DNA of 64,000 bases from Acidimicrobiia bacterium (lineage in GTDB: Bacteria; Actinomycetota; Acidimicrobiia; Acidimicrobiales; Salinilacustritrichaceae). Below, in pieces: positions 20,456-31,276 of this stretch; the stretch's first letter is position 1; every line of letters starts with the position of its first letter. Under the pieces are notes generated by a model that saw only the letters and a list, made by a program, of their open reading frames with translations, was not told where the DNA came from and made no database searches. The stretch is from the NCBI GenBank assembly GCA_046565885.1, contig JBKHXT010000020.1, positions 5,784 to 69,783 of the forward strand, in the 5' to 3' direction. The translations under genes were made by a program, and so were the position numbers.

Positions 20456-21591
20456 GCCCGGTCGGCGACGTCGAGCGGGCCGCCACCATCGCCCTCGCCG
20501 GCCTGCCGAAGGTGGGCCCGGCCCGCTTCCGCGCCCTGGTCGCCGACGCCGGCACCGCCGAGGCGGCGTGGGCGGCGGTGCGGGCCGGGCGCCTGCACGA
20601 CGTCCCCTTGCGCGCCGGGGCCCGCCACGCCCAGCTCGTCGCCGACCTGCGGGACGCCGCCCGCGCCGTCGAGCCCGCCGACGAGCTCGCCCGGCACCGG
20701 GCCGCCGGCGTCGAGGTCCTGCTCCCCGGCGACCCGGCGTGGCCCGTGGCCCTGGTCGACGATCCGGACCCGCCCCTCGCCCTCTTCGCCCGGGGTGAGC
20801 TCGCCCTGCTCGACGAGGTCATCGTGGCGGTGGTGGGCACGCGGCGCTGCTCAGGAGCCGGCGCCCGGATCGCGGGCACGCTCGGCGCCGACCTGGCCGC
20901 CGCCGGCGTCGCCGTGGTGTCCGGCCTCGCCCTCGGCATCGACGGCGCCGCCCACCGGGGTGCGCTCGGCGCCGGCGGTCGGCCCGTCGGCGTGGTCGGC
21001 AGCGGCCTCGACGTCGTGTACCCGCCCCAGCACCGCCGCCTGTGGCACGACGTCGCCGACGCCGGGCTGCTGCTCAGCGAGGCGCCGCTCGGCCGCCCGC
21101 CCGAGCGCTGGCGGTTCCCGGCCCGCAACCGCATCATCGCCGCCCTCAGCGACGCGGTGGTCGTGGTCGAGTCCCGGCGCACCGGCGGCTCGATGACCAC
21201 CGTCGAGTCGGCCCTCGAGCGCGACCGGCCGGTCATGGCCGTCCCGGGGTCGGTCCTGGCCGAGCAGGCGGCCGGCACCAACCAGCTGCTCAGCGAGGGG
21301 GCGACGATGGTCCGCGACGCCGTCGACGTCCTCGGCGCCCTCGCGTGCGCGCCGCCGCGGGCCGACGACGGCCCGGCGCGGGTCGGCGCGGCGCCCGGTC
21401 TCGCCGGGCTCCCCGCCGACGGGCCGGTGGCCGCCGTGGCGGCGGCGCTGTCGCCGGCGCCGGTCGGCATCGAGCACCTCGCCACCAGCGCCGGGGTGGC
21501 CGTCGCCGAGGCCCTCACCGCCCTGGCCCACCTCGAGGCGGCCGGCGTCGCCCGCCGCGTGCCCGGCGGGTACGAACAGGTGGTCGGATGA
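20452..21591 (+). CDS. dprA: DNA-processing protein DprA
   Basis: VVGTR, VSGLALGIDGAAH, FPARNRIIAAL, C-terminal winged helix; GTGA overlap with comM. Confidence 0.95.
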   Translation: MSPVGDVERAATIALAGLPKVGPARFRALVADAGTAEAAWAAVRAGRLHDVPLRAGARHAQLVADLRDAARAVEPADELARHRAAGVEVLLPGDPAWPVALVDDPDPPLALFARGELALLDEVIVAVVGTRRCSGAGARIAGTLGADLAAAGVAVVSGLALGIDGAAHRGALGAGGRPVGVVGSGLDVVYPPQHRRLWHDVADAGLLLSEAPLGRPPERWRFPARNRIIAALSDAVVVVESRRTGGSMTTVESALERDRPVMAVPGSVLAEQAAGTNQLLSEGATMVRDAVDVLGALACAPPRADDGPARVGAAPGLAGLPADGPVAAVAAALSPAPVGIEHLATSAGVAVAEALTALAHLEAAGVARRVPGGYEQVVG

Positions 21592-21610
21592 GCCGGGGTA
21601 CGGTGCCCGC

Positions 21611-22504
21611 ATGTCGTGGCTGGTCGAGGAGTTCGGTGCGTCGCTCACCGACGCGTCGCCGGCCACCGTGCGCGCCTACGTCCACGACGTCGGGGCCCTG
21701 GCCGAGTTCGCAGCGCGGCTCGGCATCGACGAGCCGGGCGCCGTCAGCCGGCGCGACCTGCGCCGGTGGGTGGCCCAGCTGGCCACCCGCGACCTGGCCC
21801 GCTCCACCATCGCCCGCCGGGTCGCCGCCGCCCGGCGCTACTACGCCTGGCTGCACCGGCGGGGCGTGGTCGACGCCGACCCCACCGTCGGCCTGCGCGC
21901 CCCCGCCGGCGGCAGCCGCCTGCCCCGGGTGCTGCGCCAGGACGAGCTCGATGCGCTGCTCGACGAGCCCCCCGCCGCCATCGACGACGATCCACCCCAC
22001 CGGCGCCTGCGCGACGACGCCGTCCTCGAGCTGCTCTACGGCAGCGGCCTGCGGGTCGCCGAGGTGTGTGGCCTGCGGCGCGACGACGTCGACCTCGCCG
22101 GCGGCACGGTCCGCGTCCTCGGCAAGCGCAGCAAGTGGCGCCAGGTGCCGCTCACGCCCGGGGCCGTGGAGGCCCTGGGGGAGTGGCTCCGCCACGGCCG
22201 CCGGCAGCTGGAGCAGCCCGGCTCGCCCGACGACCTGGTGTTCCTCAACCTGCGCGGCCGGGCGCTCAGCCCCCGCGACTGCCGGCGCATCGTCGACCGC
22301 CGGGCCGTCGACCCGACCCATCCCCACGCCCTGCGCCACACCTTCGCCACCCACCTCCTCGACGGCGGCGCCGACCTGCGTGCGGTCCAGGAGCTGCTGG
22401 GCCACAGCGACCTGTCCACGACCCAGCGGTACACTCACGTCAGCGCCAGCCGTCTGCAGGCGGTGGTGGCCACCTCCCACCCACGTGCCAAGGGCCGCTC
22501 GTGA
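21611..22504 (+). CDS. xerC: Tyrosine recombinase XerC
   Basis: GLRVAE, GK, HALRH, LGH, TQRY catalytic residues; dprA-xerC synteny. Confidence 0.9.
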   Translation: MSWLVEEFGASLTDASPATVRAYVHDVGALAEFAARLGIDEPGAVSRRDLRRWVAQLATRDLARSTIARRVAAARRYYAWLHRRGVVDADPTVGLRAPAGGSRLPRVLRQDELDALLDEPPAAIDDDPPHRRLRDDAVLELLYGSGLRVAEVCGLRRDDVDLAGGTVRVLGKRSKWRQVPLTPGAVEALGEWLRHGRRQLEQPGSPDDLVFLNLRGRALSPRDCRRIVDRRAVDPTHPHALRHTFATHLLDGGADLRAVQELLGHSDLSTTQRYTHVSASRLQAVVATSHPRAKGRS

Positions 22505-23280
22505 CCGACCTCGCCTCCGCAGACATCGACCGCCTCTGGTCGCAGTACAAGCAGAGCGGGTCGCGCCGAGCCCGAGACCAGCTGATCGTCCACTACTCCC
22601 CGCTGGTCAAGTACGTCGCCGGCCGCGTGGCCGTGGGCCTGCCCCAGAACGTCGACCAGGCCGACCTCGTCTCCTACGGCCTGTTCGGGCTCATCGACGC
22701 CATCGACAAGTTCGAGCCCGAGCGGGGCTTCAAGTTCGAGACGTACGCGATCTCCCGCATCAAGGGCAACATCCTCGACGAGCTGCGCGCCATCGACTGG
22801 GTGCCGCGGTCGGTGCGGGCCAAGGCCCGCCAGATCGAGAAGGCCTACGCCAAGCTCGAGGCCGAGCTCCACCGGGCGCCCACCGAGGACGAGCTGGCCA
22901 CCGAGCTCGACATGACCCGCGAGCAGCTGCAGACCTCGCTGTCGAAGATCTCCTTCGTCGGCGTCGTCGCCCTCGACGAGTTCGTCGGCTCCAGCGACCG
23001 CGACGCCGGCGCCACGCTCGGCGACACCATCGCCAGCGGCGACGAGGGCCCGGTCGACCTGTTCGAGGTCCAGGAGATGCGGGCCCTGCTCGGCGAGTCG
23101 ATCAACCGGCTCCCCGAGCGCGAGAAGGTCGTCCTCACCCTCTACTACTACGAGGGTCTGACCCTGGCCCAGATCGGCGAGGTCCTCGGCGTCACCGAGT
23201 CCCGCGTGTGCCAGATCCACACCAAGGCGATCCTGCAGCTGCGCTCGCGCATGCAGGCCGCCCACCGCGAGCCGGTCTGA
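22501..23280 (+). CDS. whiG: FliA/WhiG-family (sigma-28) sigma factor
   Basis: [43 protein letters not shown]; GTGA overlap with xerC. Confidence 0.92.
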   Translation: MTDLASADIDRLWSQYKQSGSRRARDQLIVHYSPLVKYVAGRVAVGLPQNVDQADLVSYGLFGLIDAIDKFEPERGFKFETYAISRIKGNILDELRAIDWVPRSVRAKARQIEKAYAKLEAELHRAPTEDELATELDMTREQLQTSLSKISFVGVVALDEFVGSSDRDAGATLGDTIASGDEGPVDLFEVQEMRALLGESINRLPEREKVVLTLYYYEGLTLAQIGEVLGVTESRVCQIHTKAILQLRSRMQAAHREPV

Positions 23281-23384
23281 CCCCGAGACGCTGACACCGG
23301 CGGGCGCCGCCCGCCACCACGACTTCCCCCTGCACCCGGCCGCACCGCTTCGCGCGGTGACGGCCCCCGGTCCGAGGGGAAGCC

Positions 23385-25037
23385 ATGGCCCAGCCCGCCT
23401 CCGGGCGCGCGCCGCGCCCGACGCCGGCCGTCGTCGTCGTCGCCGTCGTCGCGCTCGCCGTCCTGGCCGCCAGCGTCGCCCGCACCAGCCCGCCCGCCGG
23501 GGCGGCGCCGCCCGACGTCGTGCACCAGCCACCCGTCGACGCCCCGGTCGTCGATCCGTTCCGCCCGCCGGCCACCCGCTACGGCGCCGGCAACCGCGGC
23601 CTCACCTACGACCTGGCCGAGGGCTCGGTCGTCAGAGCAACCGCCGACGGCACGGTCGTGTTCGCCGGCGACGTCGCCGGCACCCGCCACGTCACCGTCC
23701 TGCACGCCGACGGCATCCGCACGTCGTACTCGTTCCTGTCCCGACCGCTGGTGCGCCGGGGCGACGTGGTCCGCCGGGGCGACGTGGTGGGGCAGGCGGG
23801 CACGGGGTTCCACCTCGGCGCCCGCGACGGCGAGGCCTACCTCGACTCCGCCGCCCTGTTCGGCGCCGAGGTGGTTCGGGTCCGCCTGGTCGCCCACGAC
23901 GAGCCGCTGCCGCCCACCGACGCCGGGCTGCTGCGCGAGCAGGCGGCCCTGCGCGAGCTCGTCCGAGCCGAGCGGCCGGGCCTGCTCCGGCGGCTGGCCG
24001 GCGCCGCCGTGCGCCGGGCGATGCCGCTCGTCGAGCGCTGGACCGGGGCGGTCCGGGCGACCTGGCACACCTGGAACGAGCTGAACCCGGTGGCGCTGGC
24101 CGAGCAGATCGGGACGTCGATCGCCCGGCACCTCGACCGCGAGTGCACCGCTGGCGGCGTCGCCCTCGTGCCGCCGGCGGGGGAGCGGGTGGCGCTGCTC
24201 GTCGCCGGCCTCGGCTCGTCCAGCGAGCACGGCGCCATCGACGACGTGGACCTCGACGCCCTCGGCTACGACCCCGACGACGTCGTCCGGTACAGCTACG
24301 GCGGCGGTCGGGTGCCCTCCGGCGGGCCGCTCCACCCGGGCCTGGCCGGCATCCCCGAGGCGCCGTACGCGCCCGCCGACACCCTGGGCGACATCGAGGC
24401 CCGGGGCCGGGAGCTCGCCCGGCTGGTCGAGCAGGCGGCGGCCGCCCGGCCCGGCGTGCCCATCGACCTGTACGCCCACAGCATGGGCGGTCTCGTCACC
24501 CGGGTCGCCCTGCGCGAGCTGGCGTCCACGCCCGGCGGCCTCGACGCCCTCGGCCAGGTCGTCACCATCGGCACGCCGCACCGGGGCGCCGACCTCGCCA
24601 CGCTGGCCGTCGCCTCCGAGAAGGGCTTCCGCCAGGACGTCCACCACGTGCGGGAGCGCTTCGGGATCGAGGTCGATCCCTACAGCGAAGCCGTCAGCCA
24701 GATGGCCGAGTCGTCCACGTTCGTGCGCGACCTGGCCGAGGGCGGGGTCCCCGCCGGCGTCGCCTTCCGCACCGTCGCCGCCCGGGGCGACCTGGTGGTC
24801 ACCGCCGACAAGGCCGACGTCGACGGGCAGCCCTTCGCCGTCGTCGACGCCGTCGGCCCCGCCGCCCACGCCGACCTGCCCGGCCACCCGCAGACCACGC
24901 GCGAGCTGCTCCTCGGCCTGCACGGCCGTCCGCCGTCCTGCCGCTCCCTCGACGAAGCCGTGCAGGACGCCGTCGTCCCCGAGATCGTCCAGGCGGCCAC
25001 CGACGGGCTGACGCTGGGCTCGCTGCTGCCGGCGTGA
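23385..25037 (+). CDS. Secreted protein: degenerate M23/LytM domain fused to an alpha/beta serine hydrolase
   Basis: Signal/TM segment, M23 fold ([28 protein letters not shown]), then VAGLGS, AHSMGG, GTPHRG, GDLVV, AH. Confidence 0.8.
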   Translation: MAQPASGRAPRPTPAVVVVAVVALAVLAASVARTSPPAGAAPPDVVHQPPVDAPVVDPFRPPATRYGAGNRGLTYDLAEGSVVRATADGTVVFAGDVAGTRHVTVLHADGIRTSYSFLSRPLVRRGDVVRRGDVVGQAGTGFHLGARDGEAYLDSAALFGAEVVRVRLVAHDEPLPPTDAGLLREQAALRELVRAERPGLLRRLAGAAVRRAMPLVERWTGAVRATWHTWNELNPVALAEQIGTSIARHLDRECTAGGVALVPPAGERVALLVAGLGSSSEHGAIDDVDLDALGYDPDDVVRYSYGGGRVPSGGPLHPGLAGIPEAPYAPADTLGDIEARGRELARLVEQAAAARPGVPIDLYAHSMGGLVTRVALRELASTPGGLDALGQVVTIGTPHRGADLATLAVASEKGFRQDVHHVRERFGIEVDPYSEAVSQMAESSTFVRDLAEGGVPAGVAFRTVAARGDLVVTADKADVDGQPFAVVDAVGPAAHADLPGHPQTTRELLLGLHGRPPSCRSLDEAVQDAVVPEIVQAATDGLTLGSLLPA

Positions 25038-25216
25038 CGCCCGATGCGGGTTTCCGCCCACCGCCCGGCGTCCCTAGACTGGCCCGTCGGCCCCGCACCC
25101 GCGCGGGTCGCATCCAACATCACCGGTCGGGTCACCCCACGGTCGCCACGCCTCCTCCGAGGTCACGGCGCCGGCCCGGCCGCAGTGCAACCGAGGGGCA
25201 ACACGAGGAGAAGCCG

Positions 25217-26362
25217 GTGGCCGTCGTCACCATGAAGCAGCTGCTGGAGGCCGGGGTCCACTTCGGTCACCAGACCCGCCGTTGGAACCCGAAGATGAAG
25301 CGGTTCATCTTCGGCGAGCGCAACGGCATCTACATCATCGACCTCGACCAGACGCTGCAGCGCATCGAGACGGCCTACGCGTTCGTGCGCGACCTGGTCG
25401 CCGGCGGCGGCACGATCCTGTTCGTCGGCACCAAGCGCCAGGCCCAGGACGCCGTGCAGTCCTACGCCGAGAAGTGCGGCATGCCGTACGTGAACCACCG
25501 CTGGCTCGGCGGCATGCTCACGAACTACCAGACCATGGCCAAGCGGGTCTCCAAGATGCAGGAGCTCCAGCGCCAGCGCGTCTCGGGCGAGTTCGACGCC
25601 ATGCCCAAGCGCGAGGCCCTCCAGAAGAGCCGCGAGCTGGTGAAGCTCGAGAAGTACCTCTCCGGCATCCGCACCATGGAGCGCCAGCCCGACGCCATCT
25701 TCGTGCTCGACACGAAGAAGGAGCACATCGCCGTCACCGAGGCGAACAAGCTCGGCATCCCGATCGTGGCCGTGGTCGACACGAACTGCGACCCCGACTC
25801 GGTGCAGTACGTGATCCCCGGAAACGACGACGCCATCCGCTCGGGCACCCTCATGTGCCGCGTGATCGCCGACGCCGTCGCCGAGGGCCGCTACATCGCC
25901 TCCCGCCGGGGCGAGGTGGCCGCCAGCCGCAGCATGCTCGACGAGGAGAAGATCGCCGCCGAGCAGGCCGAGGCCCGCCGCCAGGCCCTCGCCGAGGCCA
26001 AGGCCCGCGAGGCCCGCCTCGCCGGCGCCCCCACGGCCCCCGGCACCTACGCGCCCACCCAGCCCGGCGTCCCGGCCGCCCAGACCGAGGCCGACGCCGC
26101 CCGCAGCGAGGAGACCGTCCCGGCGGCCGCCCCCAAGCCGGGCGCCCAGGCCGACCAGGTCGAGACGCCGGCCTCGGAGATCATCACCGAGGGCGCCGCG
26201 GGCGAGCCCGATCCGGCCGCCGCCGGCGACACCCAGCAGTCCTCCCCCTCGGCCGGCTCGGCCGATGCCGCCGGCGTGTCCGAGTCCGGCCTCGCCGACG
26301 CCGCCCCGCCCGTCCCCGACGAGGCCGGCCCCGAAGCCACCCGCGAGAACACGGAGTCGTAG
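25217..26362 (+). CDS. rpsB: 30S ribosomal protein S2 with long Ala/Pro/acidic tail
   Basis: [28 protein letters not shown]; RBS GAGGAG; -10 TAGACT at 25075. Confidence 0.97.
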   Translation: MAVVTMKQLLEAGVHFGHQTRRWNPKMKRFIFGERNGIYIIDLDQTLQRIETAYAFVRDLVAGGGTILFVGTKRQAQDAVQSYAEKCGMPYVNHRWLGGMLTNYQTMAKRVSKMQELQRQRVSGEFDAMPKREALQKSRELVKLEKYLSGIRTMERQPDAIFVLDTKKEHIAVTEANKLGIPIVAVVDTNCDPDSVQYVIPGNDDAIRSGTLMCRVIADAVAEGRYIASRRGEVAASRSMLDEEKIAAEQAEARRQALAEAKAREARLAGAPTAPGTYAPTQPGVPAAQTEADAARSEETVPAAAPKPGAQADQVETPASEIITEGAAGEPDPAAAGDTQQSSPSAGSADAAGVSESGLADAAPPVPDEAGPEATRENTES

Positions 26363-26369
26363 ACCCCCC

Positions 26370-27924
<1,555 letters not shown>

Positions 27925-27940
27925 CCCCGTGGGGTGAACG

Positions 27941-28510
27941 ATGAGTGACGACCTGGTGTCGATGGTCCTCGACGAGGCCTCGACGAAGATGGCCAACGCC
28001 GTCGCCCACACGCGCGAGGAGTTCGCCGCGGTCCGCACCGGGCGGGCGTCCCCGGCCCTGGTCGAGAAGCTGCCCGTCGAGTACTACGGCTCCGACGTGC
28101 CCATGCAGCAGCTGGCCGGGTTCTCCGTGCCCGAGGCCCGCACCCTGGTGATCACGCCCTTCGACAAGTCCTCGCTCGGGGCCATCGAGAAGGCGATCCA
28201 GCAGTCCGACCTCGGCCTCAACCCCTCGAGCGACGGCGTCATCATCCGGCTGAGCTTCCCGCAGCTCACCGAGGAGCGGCGCAAGGACTACGTGCGGGTC
28301 GTGAAGCAGAAGGCCGAGGACGGCCGGATCCAGATCCGCAACCTGCGCCGCGCCGCCCGCCAGGAGCTCGACGCCCTCCAGAAGGACGGCGACCTGTCCG
28401 AGGACGACCTCGCCCGAGCCGAGAAGGAGCTCGACAAGGTCACCCACGCTCGGGAGGCCGAGATCGACAAGGCCCTCGACCAGAAGGAGCAGGAGCTCCT
28501 GGAGGTCTGA
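27941..28510 (+). CDS. frr: Ribosome recycling factor
   Basis: VRTGRASP, VEYYG, PQLTEERRK, KEQELL. Confidence 0.97.
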   Translation: MSDDLVSMVLDEASTKMANAVAHTREEFAAVRTGRASPALVEKLPVEYYGSDVPMQQLAGFSVPEARTLVITPFDKSSLGAIEKAIQQSDLGLNPSSDGVIIRLSFPQLTEERRKDYVRVVKQKAEDGRIQIRNLRRAARQELDALQKDGDLSEDDLARAEKELDKVTHAREAEIDKALDQKEQELLEV

Positions 28511-30063
28511 TGACGGACAACGACCTTCCCGACCGGGACCGCGACGTCGATCCCGAGGGCGTGCGCATCATCGGCGCCGAGGAGGCGGCCGAGGCCCTCG
28601 AGCGCGAGGACGTCGCCCGCCGCCGCTCGCCCGACGCCCCCCGGCCCGGCGACCGCCCCGGGTCCCCGCCGCCCGACGCGCCGGAGCCCGTCCTGCGCTT
28701 CCCGCTGTCGTCGTCCGCCGGTGAGGAGGCCGCCCCGGAGCTGCCCCACTGGACCGAGCCGCCCACCGGCCAGCAGGCCGCCCTCGGCGGGTCGATCTTC
28801 GACGACGAGCCGAGCGGCGAGGACTGGTCCGGCTTCGCCGCCGCCCCCCGCTGGCGCGACGAGCGCGACGAGTGGACCGACGACGACGACGTGAGCCAGT
28901 TCGGCGGCGAGGACACCCGGGTGGGCGCCCTCGACACCGACCGGCCCGACCCCGACGAGTTCTTCACCTTCGACGACCTCGACCAGCCCACGGGCGCCCG
29001 CTCGGTGTTCGACGACGCCCCGCCCTTCGACGACGACGAGCTCTACGACGACGACGTCGCCTACGGCGGCCAGGTCGGGGAGCCCACGTGGGCCGACGCC
29101 GACGCCGACCCCGTCGAGGGCGGCAACGCCGACGACACCCGCGTCACCGCCGGGCCCCGCAAGATCGTGGTCGGCGGCGGCCGGGTCACCCCCGGCAACC
29201 CGGCGGCGCCCCGCCCGGCCCGCGCCGGCGTCGGCGGCGACCGCAACATCGGCCAGGCCGTGGCGGTCGGCGTCGGGCTCATCGCCGCCGCCGCGGTGCT
29301 GTTCTGGCTCGGACCGGCCACCGCCGCCGTGCTCGTCGTGGCCGTGGTCACCTTCGCCGCCGCCGAGCTGTTCACCAAGCTGCGCGAGATCGGCTACCAG
29401 CCGGCGGCGCTGCTCGGCATCGTCGGCACGGCCGGCATGGTGCTCGGCGCCTACCACCGGGGCGAGGCGGCCATCCCGGTGGCCCTCGTGCTCGTCACCG
29501 CGTTCTCGATGCTGTGGTTCCTGTTCGGGGCCGGGCACGGCCAGGCCACGCTCAACATCGGCGTGACGCTGCTCGGCGTCGCCTGGGTCGGCATGTTCGG
29601 CTCCTTCGCCACCGCGCTGCTCTCGGTGCAGGGCGGCGAGGGCATCGGCAACCCCGGCATCGGCATCCTCTTCGGCGCCATCATCGCCACCGTCGGCTAC
29701 GACGTCGGCGGGTACTTCGTGGGCCGCAGCGCCGGGCGCTCGCCGCTGTCGGCGGCCAGCCCCAACAAGACCATCGAGGGCCTGCTCGGCGGCTGCATCG
29801 CCGCCCTCACCGTCGCCCTCATCTACGGCTTCCTGGCCGAGCCCTTCGGCAGCCTCGGCGACGGCCTGCGCCTCGGCCTGGCCGTGGCCATCGCCGCCCC
29901 GCTGGGCGACCTGTGCCAGTCGATGATCAAGCGCGACCTCGGCATCAAGGACATGGGCGCGGTGCTGCCCGGCCACGGCGGCGTCATGGACCGCTTCGAC
30001 GCCCTGCTGTTCGTGCTGCCGGCCGTCTACTACGTGGCCAAGGTCTCCGACTGGTTCCTGTAG
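28510..30063 (+). CDS. cdsA: Phosphatidate cytidylyltransferase with long acidic N-terminal extension
   Basis: SPNKTIEG, GDLCQSMIKRDLGIKDMG, LPGHGGVMDRFD. Confidence 0.94.
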   Translation: MTDNDLPDRDRDVDPEGVRIIGAEEAAEALEREDVARRRSPDAPRPGDRPGSPPPDAPEPVLRFPLSSSAGEEAAPELPHWTEPPTGQQAALGGSIFDDEPSGEDWSGFAAAPRWRDERDEWTDDDDVSQFGGEDTRVGALDTDRPDPDEFFTFDDLDQPTGARSVFDDAPPFDDDELYDDDVAYGGQVGEPTWADADADPVEGGNADDTRVTAGPRKIVVGGGRVTPGNPAAPRPARAGVGGDRNIGQAVAVGVGLIAAAAVLFWLGPATAAVLVVAVVTFAAAELFTKLREIGYQPAALLGIVGTAGMVLGAYHRGEAAIPVALVLVTAFSMLWFLFGAGHGQATLNIGVTLLGVAWVGMFGSFATALLSVQGGEGIGNPGIGILFGAIIATVGYDVGGYFVGRSAGRSPLSAASPNKTIEGLLGGCIAALTVALIYGFLAEPFGSLGDGLRLGLAVAIAAPLGDLCQSMIKRDLGIKDMGAVLPGHGGVMDRFDALLFVLPAVYYVAKVSDWFL

Positions 30064-30085
30064 GGGCGCTGGCTACCCTCGCCGG

Positions 30086-31276
30086 GTGAGCCGCACCACC
30101 GTCTCGATCGCCGGATCCACCGGGTCCATCGGCACCCAGACGCTCGAGGTCGTGGCCGCCGAGCCCGACCGGTTCGAGGTCGTGGCCCTCGGCGCCGGCT
30201 CGTCGGCCGAGACCCTGATCGCGCAGGCGAAGGCGGTGCGCCCCCGGGTCGTGGCCATCGCCGACCCCTCCCAGGCGGCGGCGGTCGAGGCCGGCGTGCC
30301 CGACGGCACGGAGGTCGTCGCCGGACCGGAGGCGCTGGCGGCCATCGCCGGCGCCGCCGACGTGTGCGTCAACGGCGTGGTCGGCTTCGCCGGCCTGCCC
30401 GTCACCCTCGGCGCCCTGCGGGCCGGTCGGCGCCTGGCCCTGGCGAACAAGGAGTCGCTCATCGCCGCCGGGCCGGTGGTGCGCGAGGCGCGGCGCACGC
30501 CGGGCGCCGAGCTGGTGCCGGTCGACTCCGAGCACTGCGCCGTGCACATGTGCCTGCGGGCCGGCACCTCGCCGGGCGGCACCGTGCCTCGCCGGGTCCA
30601 CCAGATCGTCCTCACCGCCTCCGGAGGCCCGTTCCGGGGCCGGACCCGGGCCGAGCTGGCCGACGTCACCGTCGACGACGCCCTCGCCCACCCCACCTGG
30701 AGCATGGGCCCGAAGATCACCGTCGACTCCTCGACGCTCATGAACAAGGGGCTGGAGGTCATCGAGGCCCACGAGCTGTTCGCCGAGGAGGCGAACGTGG
30801 GCTTCGACGACATCGACGTCGTGGTCCACCCGCAGTCGGTGGTCCACTCGATGGTCACCTACACCGACGGGGCCACCATCGCCCAGCTGTCGATGCCCGA
30901 CATGCGCCTGCCCATCGGCTACGCCCTGGCCTTCCCCGACCGGGTGCAGACCTCGTTCGGGCCCATCGACTGGCGGTCGCTGTCGCGGCTCGACTTCGAG
31001 CCGCCCGACCGCGAGGCGTTCCCCTGCCTCGACCTCGCCTACCAGGCCGGCCGGGCCGGCGGGCTCGCTCCCGCCACGCTGAACGCGGCCAACGAGGTGG
31101 CGGTCGAGGCGTTCCTCGCTGGGAAGATCCTGTGGATCGACATCCCTGACGTCCTCAAGTCGGTCCTGGACCGGCATGATGGGGGCCCCGCCAGCACCCT
31201 CGACGACGTCCTCGGTGCCGACGCCGACGCCCGTCGGCTGGCGGCTCGCCTCGTCGAGGAGAGGAATCGGACGTGA
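30086..31276 (+). CDS. dxr: 1-deoxy-D-xylulose-5-phosphate reductoisomerase
   Basis: GSTGSIG, LANKE, PVDSEH, HPTWSMG, NKGLE. Confidence 0.98.
   Translation: MSRTTVSIAGSTGSIGTQTLEVVAAEPDRFEVVALGAGSSAETLIAQAKAVRPRVVAIADPSQAAAVEAGVPDGTEVVAGPEALAAIAGAADVCVNGVVGFAGLPVTLGALRAGRRLALANKESLIAAGPVVREARRTPGAELVPVDSEHCAVHMCLRAGTSPGGTVPRRVHQIVLTASGGPFRGRTRAELADVTVDDALAHPTWSMGPKITVDSSTLMNKGLEVIEAHELFAEEANVGFDDIDVVVHPQSVVHSMVTYTDGATIAQLSMPDMRLPIGYALAFPDRVQTSFGPIDWRSLSRLDFEPPDREAFPCLDLAYQAGRAGGLAPATLNAANEVAVEAFLAGKILWIDIPDVLKSVLDRHDGGPASTLDDVLGADADARRLAARLVEERNRT

Noticed and set aside
21611-22504. Tyrosine recombinase as a prophage or ICE integrase
   Set aside because: Size and dprA-xerC context fit housekeeping XerC; no arm-binding domain, att sites or phage genes
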